Assembly: GCA_036500225.1 (NCBI GenBank)
Contig: DASYCJ010000118.1
Span: 8,784-72,783 of the forward strand
Direction: 5' to 3'
DNA length: 64,000 nt
DNA from: Gammaproteobacteria bacterium
GTDB taxonomy: Bacteria > Pseudomonadota > Gammaproteobacteria > Natronospirales > REEB76
The position numbers and the translations under genes were made by a program. Of the stretch, positions 50,576-59,007 are shown one piece after another. Numbering within the stretch: position 1 is the first letter of the stretch; each line of letters opens with the position of its first letter. The notes under the pieces are model-generated. The model had not been told where the DNA came from. It did no database searches and worked only from the letters and a program-made list of their open reading frames with translations.

Positions 50576-51653
50576 CATGCATGTAGAGTCTCTCCCTGTC
50601 GAGCCGCGTACCGGCACGCGCGTCGGCCGTGAGCGGCTGCTGGAAGTGGTCACCAGCATCGGCAAGGTCATGACCGTGTCCGGCAGTCTGCAGGCCGTCA
50701 TGGACGTGGTGGCAGAGGAATGCGCGCGGCTCACGCGTGCCGATGGTGCCACCATCTTCATGGTGGAGAACCAGCGTCTCACCGCCAAAGCAGCGGTGGG
50801 TATCCTCGGGTTCGCCCTCCTGGAGATGCCCTTGGGCGGCGGGCCGCATGGGCACGCGGTCAAGCTCAAGCGGGCGGTGCGCAGCAGCGATGCGCAACAG
50901 GAGGACCAGACCCTGCGCCGTGTCTCTTCGCGTAGCGGCAGCCGGTCATCCGTCAGCGCGCCATTCTTCTTCGGCCACGAAGCGGCCATCGCGGGGATCC
51001 TGCACATGGCTTCCCTGCAGCCGGATGCGTTCAGCGCCGAGGACGAGGATGTCAGTCAGATGTTCGCCGACATCGTCGCCTCGGCCATCCAGAATGCCCG
51101 CCAGTACGACCAGGCGGTACGCGAGAGCCGCGAGGATGCCCTGACCGGCCTCTTGAACCGGCGTGCCTTCGAAGAGCATGCGCGCATGCTCAAGAAGGAG
51201 CAGGTGCACCATGATAAGCCTTATAGCCTGATCCTCTTCGACGTGGACAACCTCAAGACCATCAACGATGAGCATGGCCATCCGGCGGGAGACGAAGCCA
51301 TCCGCATGGTAGCCACCGCCGCGCGGATGCGGGTACGCAAGTCCGACATCGTGTATCGCTTGGGCGGCGATGAGTTCGCAGTCCTACTGCCCCAGACGGG
51401 GCTCGAGGCTGCCCTCGAGATAGCCAAACGCGTCGAGTCGGCAGCGACGGAGCAGTCCCTGCACGGTCATGCCCTATCGATCTCCAGTGGTAGTTGTGAG
51501 GCAGAACCCCACGAGAGTGTGCCCTTGTTGCTCACCCGTACAGATCAGCTGATGTATCTGGCCAAGCGCCTGCGCCATGGAGCGCCCATCGCTCCCCAGG
51601 CTCTAGGCCTGATGCAGAGCCAGGAATCGCCGCGCCCCAGCGCCGCTCCATAG
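50562..51653 (+). CDS. GAF-domain diguanylate cyclase (active-type GGDEF with I-site)
   Basis: GAF-like N-terminus (...SLQAVMDVVAEECARLTRADGATIFMVE...). The GGDEF domain has ...DALTGLLNRRAF..., ...FDVDNLKTINDEHGHPAGDE... and RKSDIVYRLGGDEFAVLL (RxxD five residues before GGDEF). It overlaps the upstream EAL gene by 14 nt; an alternative ATG lies at 50577. Confidence 0.85.
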   Translation: MQDPDMHVESLPVEPRTGTRVGRERLLEVVTSIGKVMTVSGSLQAVMDVVAEECARLTRADGATIFMVENQRLTAKAAVGILGFALLEMPLGGGPHGHAVKLKRAVRSSDAQQEDQTLRRVSSRSGSRSSVSAPFFFGHEAAIAGILHMASLQPDAFSAEDEDVSQMFADIVASAIQNARQYDQAVRESREDALTGLLNRRAFEEHARMLKKEQVHHDKPYSLILFDVDNLKTINDEHGHPAGDEAIRMVATAARMRVRKSDIVYRLGGDEFAVLLPQTGLEAALEIAKRVESAATEQSLHGHALSISSGSCEAEPHESVPLLLTRTDQLMYLAKRLRHGAPIAPQALGLMQSQESPRPSAAP

Positions 51654-51690
51654 CTGTAGCCTGACAGGCTGGCCAGTTTTCCGGGATTGA

Positions 51691-51713
51691 CGCGCCCTCA
51701 TCATGAGGGCGCG
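51691..51713. terminator. Strong GC hairpin between convergent GGDEF gene and GNAT/FemAB-like gene
   Basis: CGCGCCCTCA-tca-TGAGGGCGCG, a 10-bp perfect stem followed by CTGCTTT. Confidence 0.6.
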
Positions 51714-51727
51714 CTGCTTTAGCGGGC

Positions 51728-52888
51728 TTATTGCCGGTGATCGGGGAGTGGCAATCCCAGCCGTTCGCACAGGCGGTTCGCGACCGGCCGGCTGTAGATG
51801 AACGCCGCCCAAGCGAGCTGCCCCGCCACCGTCGGTGCAAAGGCTTCCAGTCGTTTGTACTCGTGGGATTCGCTGGCCCACGAGAGTTTATAAGGGTCCG
51901 CATCACCGTTGAGTTCGATCCGGCGGACACCGCTCTCGAAACAGTCACGGAACATGGCGTGCATGAGTAGTTTTCCGGGAGAATACCGACCATATGCGGG
52001 GTCATAGCCGGCCTTGAGCAGGTGGCAGATGCCGTGCTGCTGCAGCGCGAAGCACATGGCCAGCGGCCGGCGGTCCACGCGTAACGTGTATAGGCGCAGC
52101 GCTCCCGCGTCGGCCGCCCACCGGCCGATCGCCGTATAGAAGCGTTGCGTGCGCGGATCGGATTGGATGGCAGTGCCGGCAGCGCCTTTCCATCCAGAAG
52201 CCTCCACCACGAAGGCCTCACGCATGCGCTCATCGAGGCCCTCGCTGCTGCGGATCACGTCGACTGCGACCTTGCCCTCGCGTGCCAGGCTCTTCCCGGA
52301 TTTGCGCAGGTCTCGCAGCAGGTTGTGACTGAGCCTGCGTTCATAGTCGTCCCAGCTGCCTTGCACATCCAGATAGAGTGACCGGGTGAACGGCCGGACC
52401 ACGGCACGGTAGCCTGCGTCCTCTGCGGCCAGGCACATCGCTTCCAGGCTCTGTCCATCCGGGTCGAGGGAAGTGATGGAGACATGGGTGGGGCCGTCGT
52501 CGAACAGCCCTACGGCCAGGGCCGCCGCGGCTTCACGGCCCTCGGCAAGCAATCCGAAACTGGGTGAGTGGTAGTTGGCCGGGGATTCCAGGAGTTTCTG
52601 GCGGCGTGCGATCGGCAACATACCCACTAGCCGGCCCCCGCGACGCAGGACGCGCAGCTCCGGCTCCCCATGGCCGAAAGCCCGCCACCATGCCTGAGCC
52701 CAGCCGGGCTGCAGATAGGGTTCGGCCGTAAGACGGTGAGCGAGGTGTTCCCACTCCGAGACCAGCGAAGGGAGCGCGGGGTGACAGGGCTGTATGGAGT
52801 GGAGGAAAGGGGCGTCGAGCCGTGGGGCATCGGACATCTGTATGCCTGACGGCGTGTCGCGCTGTGCGCTTAGGATGTCTTGGTTCAT
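51728..52888 (-). CDS. GNAT-fold CelD/BioF2/FemAB-like acyltransferase (PEP-CTERM-locus FemAB-related type)
   Basis: ...EWEHLAHRLTAEPYLQPGWAQAWWRAFG... and ...LRVDRRPLAMCFALQQHGICHLLKAGYDPAYGRYSPGKLLMHAMFRDCFESGVRRIELNGDADPYKLSWA... match the CelD-like Acetyltransf_6 pattern. The start is set at MNQD (52888), preceded by GAGGAG; the longest ORF begins at 52972. Confidence 0.65.
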   Translation of the reverse strand: MNQDILSAQRDTPSGIQMSDAPRLDAPFLHSIQPCHPALPSLVSEWEHLAHRLTAEPYLQPGWAQAWWRAFGHGEPELRVLRRGGRLVGMLPIARRQKLLESPANYHSPSFGLLAEGREAAAALAVGLFDDGPTHVSITSLDPDGQSLEAMCLAAEDAGYRAVVRPFTRSLYLDVQGSWDDYERRLSHNLLRDLRKSGKSLAREGKVAVDVIRSSEGLDERMREAFVVEASGWKGAAGTAIQSDPRTQRFYTAIGRWAADAGALRLYTLRVDRRPLAMCFALQQHGICHLLKAGYDPAYGRYSPGKLLMHAMFRDCFESGVRRIELNGDADPYKLSWASESHEYKRLEAFAPTVAGQLAWAAFIYSRPVANRLCERLGLPLPDHRQ

Positions 52889-53200
52889 CGCCCGCTCCTC
52901 GGACGGTGAAGCCGTCCGGCAGAGACACCTTAATTCAGTCATAGCCACGACCGAATAGGGTGAATCCTGCATTCAAGGGGCGCGGTCACCCCTGAAATAC
53001 ACCGTTTTCCACCCCGTCCGGCTCTCAATGAATTCCTGCGGACCTTTCAAGTGAATACCCGATGGATAGGGCAGGTCGGGTCTGCGACGCTTCTTCACCT
53101 TCATCTCTCGGCCTGCCTCCAGCTGTAGGCCTGAGTCCCGAAAGGGACGCATTCAAGATCAGACCATCGGATAGGCCTTCCCACTGAAAGGAGTCAGACC

Positions 53201-53761
53201 ATGACCAACCTGGGACTAATCGACGACAACCATCTGCTCAGCTTCACCTGCACCCTGCCAGCCGGTATCGAGCGCACCTGGTTCTACCTCACTCAGCCGG
53301 AGGGGCTGCGCGCGTGGCTTGCGGATGGCAGCCTAGAGTCGCGTCTTCACGGCAACGTCAGATTGCGTTTCCAGAGCGGCGAGGCCCTGGTGCGCTCGAA
53401 CTGCGGGACCTTGATCCGCGGCAACATCGTCCGCTACGAAGCCTTCCGCACGCTGGCGTATTCCTGGATAGATGCCTCCCGCGAGACGAATGTCACGAGC
53501 GGCATCTATGCGCATTCGCCCGACAGCAGCGTCTGCTTCGAGCTCGCTGGCCGCGGGAAAAGCACCTGGATGTCCTTGATCCATTCCGGTCTACCCACAC
53601 ACGTGGTATCCAGAGTCGGCTCAGGATGGCATGCGCATCTCAACCTCCTAATCGCGGCCATGCGCGATGCCGAAGCGGTGTCCGTATCCGCGCCTTTCGC
53701 TGGTCTCTCGCCACGTTATGACCGCCAGGCCGGCATGTTGCACATGGATTCGCCAGCGTGA
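53201..53761 (+). CDS. SRPBCC/AHSA1-family protein
   Basis: 186 aa. ...ERTWFYLTQPEGLRAWLADGSLESRLHGNVRLRF... is the Aha1/BPI-like START-fold pattern. Confidence 0.7.
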   Translation: MTNLGLIDDNHLLSFTCTLPAGIERTWFYLTQPEGLRAWLADGSLESRLHGNVRLRFQSGEALVRSNCGTLIRGNIVRYEAFRTLAYSWIDASRETNVTSGIYAHSPDSSVCFELAGRGKSTWMSLIHSGLPTHVVSRVGSGWHAHLNLLIAAMRDAEAVSVSAPFAGLSPRYDRQAGMLHMDSPA

Positions 53762-54041
53762 ATGCATCTGTTCGAGAGCACGACGTGAATCGCACTATCA
53801 GCCGGTCGAGTGATTCTCCCGCGCCAAAAGGGGTGTTTCCCCGATTGGCTGGCTACGCGATAAATGGGGTAATGGCCCCCACAAGAAATGTCGAACTCAC
53901 GAGAGCACCGAGGGCCGACGGAACGCGCCCCGGAGACGCAGATGAGCGTCATGGCAAGACAGCACGTTGGGATGACTCTATGGTTCTCATGACGGGAACC
54001 GAAGGGGCGAAGCTTTGCCGCGTTACAACGACGAGAGATTC

Positions 54042-54587
54042 ATGGATGCATCGGCGCAGGAAGAGAGCCTTCATCTCCCCGGCGACGCACAGCATTGGCA
54101 TGTGCTCTGGACAAAGAGCAACTGCGAGCAGGCTGTATACGAGCAGCTTGCTGGCGGCGGTTTCGAAGTATTACTCCCGACGGTGGACCGATGGTCTCGG
54201 CGCAAGCATACGCGTTGCCTATATAAGGCTCCGCTCTTCCCCGGATACCTGTTCGTACGCCATGCGATGGATAAAGCAGGGTACATAGAGATCAGCAAGG
54301 CCCGCGGCCTGGTCCGGATACTCGGTGAACGCTGGGACAAGCTGGCGACGGTGCCGGAGGATGAGATAGAGGCGATCCGCAGGGTGAACCTGTCCGATCT
54401 GCCCCGCATGCCGCACCCCTATCTCAAGATAGGCCAGACGGTACGGATCATCAGCGGCCCCCTGGCGAACGTGCAGGGCGTGTTCGTCCGTGAGGAATCG
54501 AAACGCGGCCTGCTGGTGCTCTCGATCGAGTTGCTGCGCCGGAGCCTGGCAGTCGAAGTGGACTGCACACTGGTCGCGGCTATTTGA
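54042..54587 (+). CDS. NusG-family transcription antiterminator paralog (RfaH/UpxY-like), locus-specific
   Basis: NGN domain (WHVLWTKSNCEQAVYEQLAGGGFEVLLPTV...PLFPGYLFVR) and KOW domain (LKIGQTVRIISGPLANVQGVFV). ATG at 54042; the longest ORF begins with a TTG at 54015. Confidence 0.75.
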   Translation: MDASAQEESLHLPGDAQHWHVLWTKSNCEQAVYEQLAGGGFEVLLPTVDRWSRRKHTRCLYKAPLFPGYLFVRHAMDKAGYIEISKARGLVRILGERWDKLATVPEDEIEAIRRVNLSDLPRMPHPYLKIGQTVRIISGPLANVQGVFVREESKRGLLVLSIELLRRSLAVEVDCTLVAAI

Positions 54588-54588
54588 A

Positions 54589-54605
54589 GCACGGCTTTGC
54601 CGTGC
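54589..54605 (+). promoter_or_regulatory. Stem-loop in the 40-nt spacer between the NusG paralog and the first EPS gene
   Basis: GCACGGC-ttt-GCCGTGC starts 2 nt after the stop codon. There is no U-tract. Confidence 0.4.
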
Positions 54606-54627
54606 GCATAACCTAAGGATGGGTCAC

Positions 54628-55914
54628 ATGGGCAAGGAAGCCTGGATGCTTTTGCTGCGCCGTCTACCGGCGGCGGGCGTATTGTTGCTCTCGCTGAGCG
54701 TCGCGCCGCAGGGCCGCTCCGATACCGCGACTTATCTCAGCCCCTCCGTCGCCGTCGGCGCCGTCTACAACGATAATGTATTTCTGTCCTCCACAGACCG
54801 CCAGGCCGATGAGATCCTCAGGATCAGTCCTGCCCTGGAAGCGGGGTATGGTTCCGAGTCGCTGAACATCGCCGCTTACTATACCTTCGATGCAGAGCGC
54901 TATCGCCACGATACCGGGCTGAACGGCAACACCGTGCGCCGCAACGCGGCCTTGAACCTCGACTATCTGATCACGCCGCGCATGACCTTCTCGCTGGATA
55001 GCAACTACACAGCGACCCAGACTCCCTCGGAACTCGATCCCACCCTGAGCCTCGGCTTGGGACGTGTGCACGCGACCTATACCAGCGTGGCACCGTCCTT
55101 GGGCTACGCCTTCGACGAACTGACTTATGGGCGGGTAGGGTACGCTCACGACGTCGAGACCCTGGCGTCGGCCCTGACCGATACCTATTCGGATACAGGC
55201 ACCCTGGGCCTGGAACATCGGTTCTCCCCCCGTGACAGCGGCGATTTCAATTTCGCCTCCACTCGTTACGACTTCGGCCCGAACGATGTAGTGGATACCG
55301 AGGTCGCGACCCTCGGCTGGACGCATCTCATGACGGCGACCTCGAGCATCGCCTTGGCCGCCGGTCCGCGCCGCACCGAAGGGGTGGGTTCGGCGGACTA
55401 TTCCGTCGGCCTGAACTTCATCCTGGATACAGGCACCTTCGGCATCAATTATGCCCATAGCCAGACGGCCTTGATCGGCGAGTTCCGCCCAGCCGATACC
55501 AAGAGCCTCACCGCCAAGCTCGACTATGACTACAGCGATGCACTGGAGTTCTACGTCGCTCCCAGCCTCTCCAGTGACACCATCGGCACCGCCAAGGCGA
55601 CTTTGTACCGCATGGACGCGAGCTTCAACTACAGGCTCACCCGGGTGGTGTCCTTGGTCGGATCCTACGAGTACAACCTACAACGCGGCCTGCTGACCGG
55701 CGTCGACTCCAAGATCTTGAACAACGTGGTCTACATCGGCTTCATGTTCGCTGAGCCGGTGGCCGGCCCCAGTGCCTTCATGCAGCGCAGGGCCACGCCT
55801 TTCGAGAATCAGTGGCCGGCCCCGCGTCCGGCCGTGATCGCGCCCACGCCATTGCTCACCAATCCCAACACTCCCACCACCACGGACCAACAAAATGAAA
55901 CTTCACCTCCGTGA
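54628..55914 (+). CDS. Outer-membrane beta-barrel protein of EPS locus (PEP-CTERM-system-associated OMP type)
   Basis: Signal peptide MGKEAWMLLLRRLPAAGVLLLSLSVAPQG and long alternating beta-strand segments rich in Y/G/T/S/D (...LNLDYLITPRMTFSLDSNYTATQ..., ...ASFNYRLTRVVSLVGSYEYNL...). The start is set at the ATG at 54628, which has AAGGA 8 nt upstream; the longest ORF begins at 54490. Confidence 0.6.
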   Translation: MGKEAWMLLLRRLPAAGVLLLSLSVAPQGRSDTATYLSPSVAVGAVYNDNVFLSSTDRQADEILRISPALEAGYGSESLNIAAYYTFDAERYRHDTGLNGNTVRRNAALNLDYLITPRMTFSLDSNYTATQTPSELDPTLSLGLGRVHATYTSVAPSLGYAFDELTYGRVGYAHDVETLASALTDTYSDTGTLGLEHRFSPRDSGDFNFASTRYDFGPNDVVDTEVATLGWTHLMTATSSIALAAGPRRTEGVGSADYSVGLNFILDTGTFGINYAHSQTALIGEFRPADTKSLTAKLDYDYSDALEFYVAPSLSSDTIGTAKATLYRMDASFNYRLTRVVSLVGSYEYNLQRGLLTGVDSKILNNVVYIGFMFAEPVAGPSAFMQRRATPFENQWPAPRPAVIAPTPLLTNPNTPTTTDQQNETSPP

Positions 55915-56497
55915 ATTACTGAAGACGGGGATCCTGTCTCTGTTGCTCGGATCTCTCATCGCCTGCGCCCATAACCAGCCTGTCGCTGACGCTCAGTGTC
56001 ACGGTGAGAGCTGCCGGGTCGAGAAGTACGTGATCGGCCCCGGCGACGTACTGCACATCTCGGTCTGGAAGGACGCGACCCTCGAACGCATCGATACGGT
56101 GCGACCCGACGGCATGATCTCCTTCCCACTCATCAACGAGGTGCAGGCATCGGGCCTCACGCCGATGCAACTGCAGAAGACCCTGGCCGACCGCCTGCGC
56201 CAGTACATGTCCGACCCCGAGGTCTCCGTGGTGGTGCAGGAAGTGCACAGCTTCGCGGTCTCGGTGCTGGGCGAGGTCAAGACGCCCGGACGCTACGAGC
56301 TCAAGAACGACGCCACCGTGCTGGACGTACTGGCCCAGGCAGGCGGTTTAAGCGAGTTCGCATCGCCCTCCAAGATCGTGATCCTGCGCGACGAGGACGG
56401 TTCCAAGCACCGGATCATGTTCGACTACGACACCGCGGTATACGGCGAAGAACCTCCGTTCTACGTCCACCCCGGCGACATCATCACCGTACCCTGA
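55895..56497 (+). CDS. Polysaccharide export lipoprotein (Wza/EpsE-like, Poly_export plus SLBB)
   Basis: Lipobox LLGSLIAC, then YVIGPGDVLHISVW...PDGMISFPLINEVQASGLTPMQLQ... and ...VSVLGEVKTPGRYEL.... Confidence 0.85.
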   Translation: MKLHLRELLKTGILSLLLGSLIACAHNQPVADAQCHGESCRVEKYVIGPGDVLHISVWKDATLERIDTVRPDGMISFPLINEVQASGLTPMQLQKTLADRLRQYMSDPEVSVVVQEVHSFAVSVLGEVKTPGRYELKNDATVLDVLAQAGGLSEFASPSKIVILRDEDGSKHRIMFDYDTAVYGEEPPFYVHPGDIITVP

Positions 56498-56513
56498 GGC
56501 GGAGCACATAGAC

Positions 56514-58061
56514 ATGCAAGCACAGTCCCAGGAGAGCAAGGATTCGATGTTCGGTTCGCTGTCGCGTCTCTGGAAGCGCCGCCGCTGGCCCGCCATCGCA
56601 ACTTTCGTACTCGCATTCGCCGTGTCCGCCAGCTTCGTCTCGGCCCTGCCAGACATCTACAGTTCCACTGCCACCTTGCTGGTGAACCCGCAGGCATCTT
56701 CGGGTGATACAGGCGCAGGGCAGGGTGCCCAGAACCAGGACAGCCGGCTCGATGCCGTCAGCGAAGAGGTCCTGAGCCGCGACAGGCTGCTTGCGATCGT
56801 CGACAAGTTCGATCTCTATCCGAGCTTGCGCAAGCACACTTCGGACGAGTCCCTGTTGACCCGCATGCGCCAGGACATCCAGGTGCAGCGGAAGGCCGGC
56901 CAGCAGCAGTGGGGTCAGGATCCGACCTTCGGCTTCACGCTTACTTATCAGGGCTGGAATCCCAAGCAGGTGGCCCAGGTCACCAACGCCCTGGCTCAGG
57001 AATTCGTGGACCAGAACAGTCGCATGCGTGCCCAGGAGTCGGCTGCGACCCTGAACTCCTTGCAGGCCCAGATCGTCGACATCAAACGCAAATTGGATGC
57101 CCAGGGCCAGCGCATCAATGCCTACCGTGCCAGCCATCTTGGTGAATTACCGGACCAGCAGGCCACCAGCCTCGCCATGCTTCAACAGCTGGATTCCCAG
57201 TTGCAGCAGAATGCCGAGTCGCTTACCCAGACACAGAGTCTCGCGCAACAGCAGCGGCAGCTGCAACCGGATCGCTCAGCACCCCAGGGAGCTGACGCCG
57301 CCGATCTCCCGCAGCTGGAAGATGAGCTAGCCACTCTGCGCACCCGCTACACGGATCAGTATCCGGACGTGGTGCACCTGAAGCAGCAGATCGCCGCCTT
57401 GAAGAAGGCCCAGGACGACCAGGCCGCCAGCGAGCCGGTGCAGCAGCCGTTGCAGACCGATGGCAGCCTGGACAGCAGCATCCGTTCCTATCAGGACCAA
57501 GACGCGAAACTGCGCCAGGAGATCGCCGGTTATCAGGCCCGCATCGAGAACATGCCAGTCCGCGAGCAACAGATAGCTGCCCTGACCCAAGGCTATACCG
57601 AGACTCAGGATGTCTATTCACAGTTATTGAAGCGTTATGAGCAGGTGCCTTTGCCGCAGTCGCCGGCCGGGCAGTACCGGCTACTGGAGGGCGCGGTGCC
57701 GGCGAACGATGCGGCGGGCCCGAACCGCCTGCGCTTGCTGGTCCTCTGCCTGGTCGCGTCACTGGGCCTCGCAGCCGCCCTGGTCTTCATCCTCGAACAG
57801 ATGGATCCGTCCTTCCACAGCATAGAAGAGCTGCGCGCATTCAGCCGCTTGCCGGTCTTGGCCAACATCCCGCAGATCGTGACCCGCGAGGATGTCTGGC
57901 GCAGCCGCCTGCGTCTGGGGATAGGCATCGTATCGGTGTTGGTAGTGACAGTGGTCGCGGCCCAGGCCTCGTCTTTCCTGGGACAAGGTAACACCGAGTT
58001 GGTGTGGATGTTGTCCAAGCACGCCACACCCGGGTCCACCAGCACCAATACGCCCGGTTGA
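56514..58061 (+). CDS. Polysaccharide chain-length determinant (Wzz/EpsF-like) protein
   Basis: 515 aa with an N-terminal TM segment (WPAIATFVLAFAVSASFV). ...YSSTATLLV... is followed by a long Gln-rich coiled-coil periplasmic region and a C-terminal TM segment (LRLLVLCLVASLGLAAALVFIL). Confidence 0.8.
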   Translation: MQAQSQESKDSMFGSLSRLWKRRRWPAIATFVLAFAVSASFVSALPDIYSSTATLLVNPQASSGDTGAGQGAQNQDSRLDAVSEEVLSRDRLLAIVDKFDLYPSLRKHTSDESLLTRMRQDIQVQRKAGQQQWGQDPTFGFTLTYQGWNPKQVAQVTNALAQEFVDQNSRMRAQESAATLNSLQAQIVDIKRKLDAQGQRINAYRASHLGELPDQQATSLAMLQQLDSQLQQNAESLTQTQSLAQQQRQLQPDRSAPQGADAADLPQLEDELATLRTRYTDQYPDVVHLKQQIAALKKAQDDQAASEPVQQPLQTDGSLDSSIRSYQDQDAKLRQEIAGYQARIENMPVREQQIAALTQGYTETQDVYSQLLKRYEQVPLPQSPAGQYRLLEGAVPANDAAGPNRLRLLVLCLVASLGLAAALVFILEQMDPSFHSIEELRAFSRLPVLANIPQIVTREDVWRSRLRLGIGIVSVLVVTVVAAQASSFLGQGNTELVWMLSKHATPGSTSTNTPG

Positions 58062-58098
58062 GCGGATCCGATCCTAATAGGCATCGAGGAGAATTGAC

Positions 58099-59007
58099 AT
58101 GTTACAAGGCCAAGACAACACCAAGCCCATCAATCGCGGCGTGCCACCGGTGATCCGCGTGGAGTCCAAGGATAAGGCCAAGGCATCGGGAGCTCGCACA
58201 GAGGTCAAGGAGCCGGCCCCGACCGGTCGCCCGCGCAATGCCGAGATCAACGCCAAACAGGTGGATAAGCACATCGTCAGCCTCACGGAGCCGGATTCCT
58301 ACGAGGCCGAGCAGTACCGCAAACTGCGTTACGTGCTGGAAGAGAAGCGTCGCAGCAACCGTGGCACCACCGTGGCCATCTGCAGTCCGGCGGCCGGGGA
58401 CGGCAAGTCCCTCACCGCGCTCAACCTCGCGGCGGCCCTGGCCCAGGCTCGCGATTCGCGCGTGTTGCTGGTGGACGTGGACCTGCGCCGCGAGTCCGCT
58501 GCGCTCAAGGAGCATCTCAAACTGGGCAACCCGGGCGTCAATGGGCTGACCGATGCCATCATGTCCTCGACCCTGTCTCTGAACGACGTGGCGCGCCCGC
58601 TGCAGGGCACCAACCTATCCATCGTATTCACCGGGTCCCGGGTCAGCGCACCCTACGAACTACTGCGTTCCGGTCGCTTCGAGCAGCTGCTGACCGAAGC
58701 CAGCAAGCAGTATCAATACGTCATCCTCGACGCTCCGCCGGTGGTACCTGTGTCGGACTGCCGAGTGATCCGCCGCTTCGTGGATTACTTCCTGATGGTG
58801 GTATCCGCCCATCGCACACCGCGCCCCATGCTGGAGGAAGCTCTGGACTTGATTGGCCCAGACAAGCTGCTCGGCCTGGTGTTCAATCGCGGCGATCTGA
58901 TGCCGCGCCGCTACTACGGTTACTACCGTTATGGCATGCCGATGCGCGAGACCCAACCGCGCCGTGAGCCACGCCTGCAGGCACAGGAGACGCCGGGTAA
59001 TGGCTGA
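58099..59007 (+). CDS. BY-kinase catalytic protein (CapB/EpsG-like tyrosine autokinase)
   Basis: Walker A ICSPAAGDGKSLTALNLA, Walker A' VLLVDVDLRR, Walker B YVILDAPP, and the C-terminal tyrosine cluster RRYYGYYRYG. Confidence 0.8.
   Translation: MLQGQDNTKPINRGVPPVIRVESKDKAKASGARTEVKEPAPTGRPRNAEINAKQVDKHIVSLTEPDSYEAEQYRKLRYVLEEKRRSNRGTTVAICSPAAGDGKSLTALNLAAALAQARDSRVLLVDVDLRRESAALKEHLKLGNPGVNGLTDAIMSSTLSLNDVARPLQGTNLSIVFTGSRVSAPYELLRSGRFEQLLTEASKQYQYVILDAPPVVPVSDCRVIRRFVDYFLMVVSAHRTPRPMLEEALDLIGPDKLLGLVFNRGDLMPRRYYGYYRYGMPMRETQPRREPRLQAQETPGNG

Noticed and set aside
53758-54288. A 176-aa ORF covering the leader region and the start of the NusG paralog
   Set aside because: It overlaps the well-supported NusG-like frame and is Arg/Ser/Thr-rich with no signal or motif. 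The upstream part is more likely non-coding leader.
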